The notes under the pieces: generated by a model | The model's input: the letters and a program-made list of their open reading frames with translations, nothing else | What the model was told of the DNA's origin: nothing | Database searches by the model: none | Position numbers and translations under genes: made by a program | Shown here: positions 58,474-64,000 of the stretch, piece by piece | Numbering within the stretch: position 1 is the stretch's first letter | Layout: every line of letters starts with the position of its first letter | NCBI GenBank assembly: GCA_000002435.2 | Contig: CM018790.1 | Length of the DNA stretch: 64,000 nt | Reading direction: 5' to 3' (one strand) | DNA from: Giardia intestinalis | Taxonomy: Eukaryota

Positions 58474-61400
58474 ATGAAGACTGCGGCGCTATCTATTGAA
58501 CATACACTATATTACCAGCTCAGGAATGATGGGCGCAACGCCGTGGAGATTAGTCTTGAGGATGGGGCCGAGCTAACACACATGGGAGAAACCCCTGACG
58601 ATGTGCTTGTTCTACTGAAAAAGATCAATGCACATGCCTCCACGGCTCAGGGCTCTCATCTTACAATTCAAGTTCGTGGACAGACCCCTTCTGGTGCACA
58701 CACTAAGACTCCGTTGCATCTGCCACCGTTAGTCACCATTGGAGTCATGAAGCTGCCTGACTCATTACTGCTTGGTGAGTTCAACTACTTTAACGTTTTC
58801 ATGAATAATCCCCGTACCGCCAATGACCTATCTGATAGTCAAGTTCTCTGTGCTATAGACTCCCCAGGAATCTTCTGGGACGTCATTCAAGATAAAATAA
58901 AGCAACTAGACATGCTTAGATTCTTTGACACTGACGTTGTTACTCTGTTAGCAACGTATAGTGCTCAAGAGCTCTCTTTCTCACTGGCTATCAACGGAGT
59001 CGTCAAGCCTTTGTTTTGTAATTATCGCTTAACATCTCCACAGGCACAGGGGCATGTCAGCCCTTTCTTTTTTATCCAATTCAATAATATCAGCCTTAAA
59101 GTCGTTGGCAATATAGCTAGTGTACAGGCCAGCCTTCCAAATCCGAAAAAGACGTTTAGTCCTTTTTCTCACTATCTCCAAAATAATTTTACTTCCAATC
59201 TTATCACTCCCCTGCTTTCCAAGATTGAACCACCACTTAACGAGCCGCCTGGTCTCTGTGCACCCACGCCCCCACTACCTGGTGTGTCAGCCACTGCTAC
59301 CATAGCTTTTTCTACCACTCCACAGCAGCCACAACAGGTCGTGCTCTCTTCGGAGAAGATTATGTACAAACACACTGCTAGCAAGCCTTCTCCAAAGCCA
59401 GCTGTGCTACCTTTCAAACCCACAACTTCTACTGTGGAACAGCACATGCAATTCGTGCAGTCTGCGCCGCCTGTTTGGGATAAACTTACTGGAGTTAGAA
59501 AGCCCGTTGAACTGTCGAACATTTATGGTTTCGGTAAGCAGATGGGCAACCATACGGTGTGCGCTGATGAATCGACTATTTATGTAGAAGTAGACTTGGG
59601 AGCTCTTAATGTTTCAGCAAACCAGAAGCCAATCCAGCAATATAACTTTTCAACTACAGCCACTGAGTCATCACTGGAAAACTTAGATGCATCACAGTTT
59701 TCTCTTGCTGTCTTCTCGCTTGTTAAGACCTTGGGATCTCTATCTTCCATGGTGATCAATACACGCTCTTCGGACCTTATCAAGCCTAATGTGAGACTAA
59801 TATGTGTCCACAAAGAAGTTCTCAAGGCATTACCTTTATGTGCATTGTTTCCCATTTTCTTGTCTTCTAACGTCATTGAACCCGAGATACCATCTATTAG
59901 GTCCTCTGGACTTTATGATTTCTTAGTAAGTGAAAACGGCGTGGAAATGCAGTCGCACCGCGACGGCACTCTCATTAAGATTGACAGGTTTATACTCAGA
60001 ACTTTTGACAATCTTTCTCAATTCTTTGACAAGGATTTCTATGAGAAAATGGTATCGTTGGAAAGCAACCTAATCAGTGATCGACCTCCCCTTGATCTTC
60101 AGATTAGTTCGTATGTCCTCTGTATCTCTATCAACACTGCGTGCATTAGCGTTCTCCAGCACACAGATGAGCGCCGTACAAAAGTACTCGCGTCGATGAG
60201 TAATGCACAAGTTCAGAGCTGGTTTTCGTTGTCTCAGCTATCTACACCACTCGCTTGGCACAGAGTAGCTGAAGTTATGTACAGGCAAATGCCTGACAAT
60301 GCCTCCTATTCCAATGGCTTCCGGTTTCTTCGAAACACTCTGGGATTTATGGGCTTTATCGACTTGTCCTACAGAATTGCCACTATAGACACTGAGGGCG
60401 TTGCAATAACAACCCCTATTCCCCTGGCCGATCCTCGACTCACCACAACCGATACCTTGGAGACCCCCGTATCCATCTGTGGAGTATCCATGCCCAAGGG
60501 ATGCACTCTTCAACTGGTGACGTACGACATTTCAAGGGATAGAAAGCTGGGAGGACATAAAAACATTTCACAGGACTACTTCCTTAATCCGCCGGGAAAA
60601 TCATCGTATCTGGATTATTCTACCTTTAATCGTGGGGTATACCAAAGCGAAGCGATAAAAACTTATGAATTTCTATATGAAAACGTTTTTGCTAAGAAAG
60701 GCGACAAGCGAGCCGCTGACAACAAGGCACATGCTATGGACACTGCCCTCAAACACACCCTAAGTGAGCTTTTGTCGTTGCTTGACACACACCATGACCT
60801 ACTAGATGCTGCAGCTTCCCATTTAAGCAGTCCAGACTATCTTTATGATGTCTTCATAAGCAGAGAGCTGGATAGGGTCCAGTCTCCGGTCAGATCTTCT
60901 GTCATTAGGCACGCATGTTCATTTCATACTGATATTAGAAGGATTGATGCCTCGATTGATAGTGTGAAAAACTCTATAGACATATGGAACAAGCTTAAAT
61001 CCATAGTGGAGGCAGGCCTTCCTTTTTGGATCTTCTTCGACGAAATAACCAACGTGACGAGAAGCCAATCTGAAGCGCACGAACAGGATTTTGTAGTGAC
61101 GAACAATTCCCCCTCTTTCAACGGCCGTGAATTCATAATTGTTGCGCATCGAGTGGGTGCCCGTATCCTCTATGTTTTATATGCTGATGGAACTCCTGTG
61201 CAAACGGTCCTCACAGCTAAACCAATCAATGTCATGTTGGCGTTCGACTCTCCCTGGGCCATGAACTCCAAATATTATCTCTGCAAATCACCCGTATATT
61301 CGCCCAATTATTTGAGGTTGACATCGTGGAAAGAGTGCTTCCAAAAGCCTATTCCATTCACTCCCTATCTTCCCTCCCACTTAGAAATGATCCCGCTGAC

Positions 61401-63318
61401 ATCGTCTCTAAATTTGGAAATGGGGTCTTCTATGCTTAGCAACAGCAATAGCAGCGCTGAGTCGTTGTCACTGTATAACAACGTCGCCAACAAGATGTCT
61501 CATTGGGAAAGCCTACTATTTGTGGGATCGAACTCCCTTGTCACCCCTCAGACCACCAATATTTATATCTCTATCTATTCGCCGTACCACCCTGACGATG
61601 ACAATCTGTCAATTCTCCACCACTCACTGGTTAGACAGTATGGCAGCAAGAGCCCCAGAGGCTCATACGAGGAGGGGAACTACATAAGCCTCGTAGCATC
61701 TCAGTACCGTCAGCGTGTATCTAGCCATGTCGGTCTCCACAGCTTCAGCAATAGAAGCTCTACGCGTAGACTTGACATCGACACCACCATGCTTAATCTT
61801 AGCAAGAAAGACATTGAGAAAGCGCCAAAGAACGACCATGTTCTCAACAACATCTCTATGTATCGGTTGGGAAAGGCTGCAAAGGCAGAGCTATTGGCTA
61901 ATATTACGAATCAATATTACATGGATGGATACAAGTTTGATGGCGTAAACAATCCGCTTCTAGAGGATAAATCCATTGAAAGATTGAAAAAGAGTATCCA
62001 TGCACCGGAGAGTTACAGGTTTAGCTGGCAGGATTTGAAGGCATCTCTTGGGGGCCTTTATGAAGAGCCCATCCTTTTGTTTCTATGCATGGGGCATTGT
62101 ATTGATTATACACACATGTTCAACACAGAAGAACTGTTCTATGGAGAAAATGATACGGATACCATTGTCTGGAACCTTCTACTATTGATATTTGGCGGTG
62201 GAAACATCTACAAGCCGTGTATCCCGGTGGTCAATTTTCTGATAAATGGTATAAATGAACGAGCAACCCGTCTACAGAGTCCAACCAATCCAGAACTTTT
62301 AATGAACGGAAACGTTGGACCCATTAAGAGGCCAATCAATCCCAAAACCCTATTGGATATATCTTTTCCACCAAATATATTGCGAGATGAGTATCGCTCT
62401 TTCTATAACTATGACAAGCTGTGTTATGCATATGCAAGTAATGCGTTTGAAGCGTACCACTTTGGGGAGAGCCTAAGGTCTGTTGAAACTAGCCAAGACA
62501 CGAGGATAACGTCCACTGTTTCTCTTGCTCCTACGTGCAATCCTCCTGCGTCTGTCTATGTTCGGTTTGAGTATATCTATGTCCCTAGAATATCTACTGG
62601 TTCCATTGATGAAATACTGCTCCACGAGAGTGAGAGAGTCAACAAGGTGATAGACGACCTTCACAACGTTGCAAGTGGACAGGATGACAACTGCGAGGCT
62701 TCTTTCCCCCAATTTGAACTGGTCAATACCGCGACATCGAAGCCATTATATGCATCTTTTCAGCGAACCAATGTCACCACAGTGGTACCATATGCAGCCT
62801 CAAAAAGCAACAGGTCCACAATGCAGCTGTCCAACAAGCCAACGACTTCATTTGTCCCAAGCGTCGATGGCAATAGCAACAAGGATATTAACAGAGAGAT
62901 GAACATGTACACGGTTTCCAACAATGGATACGCCGTTGACGCTACAAACCTGGACATCTGTGTGCTTCTCAGTGAGATGCTTCCAAACAGGCCTCTCTAT
63001 TCTCATTGCTTAAAAGTAGTTGTGCGATTCCAAGGAAAGTATGGTCGCTTTATGATCGACAGATATAGCTCTACATTTTCGTGCGCACGATTCACTGGAG
63101 ATGATCGCACAAAAAAGAAGTACATGGAAATGCACGGCGAAATGCGGGTGACCATCATCCTGGATTACAAGCAGATGTTCATCTTTATGTTTCTGCAGGA
63201 CCTTCTCTCAAACAGCCAGACAAATGCCCAACGTGTGCCGTGGAAAATCAACTGGCCTGTTCGCTTCATGGTTCTTCTTCATCACGCTTCTGCAGAGATC
63301 ACTACCTTGGAAAACTGA
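58474..63318 (+). CDS. Large orphan hypothetical protein (1614 aa)
   Basis: Single uninterrupted ORF with ATG (gaaaagactATG). No domain recognised by eye. Confidence 0.55.
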   Translation: MKTAALSIEHTLYYQLRNDGRNAVEISLEDGAELTHMGETPDDVLVLLKKINAHASTAQGSHLTIQVRGQTPSGAHTKTPLHLPPLVTIGVMKLPDSLLLGEFNYFNVFMNNPRTANDLSDSQVLCAIDSPGIFWDVIQDKIKQLDMLRFFDTDVVTLLATYSAQELSFSLAINGVVKPLFCNYRLTSPQAQGHVSPFFFIQFNNISLKVVGNIASVQASLPNPKKTFSPFSHYLQNNFTSNLITPLLSKIEPPLNEPPGLCAPTPPLPGVSATATIAFSTTPQQPQQVVLSSEKIMYKHTASKPSPKPAVLPFKPTTSTVEQHMQFVQSAPPVWDKLTGVRKPVELSNIYGFGKQMGNHTVCADESTIYVEVDLGALNVSANQKPIQQYNFSTTATESSLENLDASQFSLAVFSLVKTLGSLSSMVINTRSSDLIKPNVRLICVHKEVLKALPLCALFPIFLSSNVIEPEIPSIRSSGLYDFLVSENGVEMQSHRDGTLIKIDRFILRTFDNLSQFFDKDFYEKMVSLESNLISDRPPLDLQISSYVLCISINTACISVLQHTDERRTKVLASMSNAQVQSWFSLSQLSTPLAWHRVAEVMYRQMPDNASYSNGFRFLRNTLGFMGFIDLSYRIATIDTEGVAITTPIPLADPRLTTTDTLETPVSICGVSMPKGCTLQLVTYDISRDRKLGGHKNISQDYFLNPPGKSSYLDYSTFNRGVYQSEAIKTYEFLYENVFAKKGDKRAADNKAHAMDTALKHTLSELLSLLDTHHDLLDAAASHLSSPDYLYDVFISRELDRVQSPVRSSVIRHACSFHTDIRRIDASIDSVKNSIDIWNKLKSIVEAGLPFWIFFDEITNVTRSQSEAHEQDFVVTNNSPSFNGREFIIVAHRVGARILYVLYADGTPVQTVLTAKPINVMLAFDSPWAMNSKYYLCKSPVYSPNYLRLTSWKECFQKPIPFTPYLPSHLEMIPLTSSLNLEMGSSMLSNSNSSAESLSLYNNVANKMSHWESLLFVGSNSLVTPQTTNIYISIYSPYHPDDDNLSILHHSLVRQYGSKSPRGSYEEGNYISLVASQYRQRVSSHVGLHSFSNRSSTRRLDIDTTMLNLSKKDIEKAPKNDHVLNNISMYRLGKAAKAELLANITNQYYMDGYKFDGVNNPLLEDKSIERLKKSIHAPESYRFSWQDLKASLGGLYEEPILLFLCMGHCIDYTHMFNTEELFYGENDTDTIVWNLLLLIFGGGNIYKPCIPVVNFLINGINERATRLQSPTNPELLMNGNVGPIKRPINPKTLLDISFPPNILRDEYRSFYNYDKLCYAYASNAFEAYHFGESLRSVETSQDTRITSTVSLAPTCNPPASVYVRFEYIYVPRISTGSIDEILLHESERVNKVIDDLHNVASGQDDNCEASFPQFELVNTATSKPLYASFQRTNVTTVVPYAASKSNRSTMQLSNKPTTSFVPSVDGNSNKDINREMNMYTVSNNGYAVDATNLDICVLLSEMLPNRPLYSHCLKVVVRFQGKYGRFMIDRYSSTFSCARFTGDDRTKKKYMEMHGEMRVTIILDYKQMFIFMFLQDLLSNSQTNAQRVPWKINWPVRFMVLLHHASAEITTLEN

Positions 63319-63521
63319 GGATCGACAGCCTTGTCCAATCTTGCCCCTAATGTTTAAATGAACTGGAACAGATTTTATTTTTTTACAATCAGATTTACCT
63401 GCTCATTTTTTTGAATTAAAAAATAAAAACCCAGATTTAAACAACATTAAACAACACGGCAAGAGTATTACATCGAGCAGAGGAGACGGTAGTCTCTGTG
63501 CAAGGAGTCTACGAAGTGGGG

Positions 63522-64000
63522 ATGAAACACCTTCTTCTTCTGCGGCCAGCAGACCCATACGACTTCCTTTACAGATACTATAGGACTCTGGCTCAGGAGT
63601 CTGTTCCCATCAAGCTGATTCTCGATATGATATCAGAGCTTCCGCTGGATGCGGTTGATATCTTCTGTCTCTATATGAGTCGTCTATTTTCAATCCTGAA
63701 GGATAACCAGGTGTATGTAGAGGGCATTTGCAACGCGTCGAGCCACTACATTCTCACGAACAAGCTCGTTAACGAGGAAGGCCGGCTGCTACTATCGCAA
63801 ACGAGCATGCACAAAGTGCTGCCTCTCTGCATGATCCAGAATGTTCCACACGTTGACTTTTCATTGTTTCTGGCAAAGATACGAGCAGCATTTGTTATAA
63901 ACAAGGTGATCCGACTGCTATACAATGTCCTGCAGGACCTGTCTGTCAATGGAAGAGTTCCTGAGAGCGCCATAAAGGTTTTGGCATACTATATTCCGAT
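63522..64000 (+). CDS. Hypothetical protein, 5' partial (runs off the window end)
   Basis: Open frame from the first ATG after the stop at 63438 to the window end (MKHLLLLRPADPYDFLYRYYRTLAQES...). Not in the ORF track because no stop is present. Start context is not A-rich, so the start is uncertain. Confidence 0.35.
   Translation, partial: MKHLLLLRPADPYDFLYRYYRTLAQESVPIKLILDMISELPLDAVDIFCLYMSRLFSILKDNQVYVEGICNASSHYILTNKLVNEEGRLLLSQTSMHKVLPLCMIQNVPHVDFSLFLAKIRAAFVINKVIRLLYNVLQDLSVNGRVPESAIKVLAYYIP

Noticed and set aside
1-64000. A prokaryotic-style defence or mobile-element island, as hinted by the task framing
   Set aside because: All genes have eukaryotic homologues or are Giardia-type orphans, and composition is uniform. 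I found no transposase, integrase, restriction-modification, toxin-antitoxin or CRISPR features. The novelty here lies in eukaryotic gene architecture (intron, overlaps, DOCK-like giants, GLUG-like repeats), not a bacterial system.

Overview
This window reads as a gene-dense nuclear chromosome segment from a diplomonad, most likely Giardia intestinalis (assemblage-A-like). The supporting evidence is: intronless ORFs on both strands; A-rich tracts directly before ATGs; AGTRAAY poly(A) signals at or next to stop codons; intergenic spacers of 5 to 130 bp; high-cysteine membrane proteins with GGCY/CXXC motifs; giant MORN-repeat and orphan proteins; and a 754-aa minimal Dicer that I recognise from memory as the crystallised Giardia Dicer. 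I call about 27 protein-coding genes, two of them partial at the window edges. The ORF track appears to accept GTG and TTG as starts (for example 19087, 6317, 57022, 49933, 49962, 35533 are not ATG), so I re-derived start codons from the sequence. The track also cannot show two things: the partial gene running off the window start (complement 1..3442) and the split [2Fe-2S] ferredoxin gene. That ferredoxin gene carries a 35-nt spliceosomal intron with a non-canonical CT 5' splice site and the Giardia ACTAACACACAG 3' motif, and a 22-nt first exon restores a Met start and an MSLLSSIRRF presequence. It lies 107 bp upstream of, and co-oriented with, Cpn60, so two mitosomal matrix proteins are neighbours. 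Other notable content: two very large divergent paralogues with DOCK-like DHR-1 and DHR-2 motifs; a high-cysteine EGF-like membrane protein whose ectodomain is built from GGFVG periodic units resembling bacterial GLUG repeats; a near-perfect 36-bp (12-aa) tandem array whose only polymorphism is synonymous in the coding frame; and an 8-nt overlap between the Dicer stop and the first ATG of the MORN giant. I see no prokaryotic-style defence island, CRISPR array or mobile element. All functional calls come from motif-level recognition without database searches and need HMM or BLAST confirmation.
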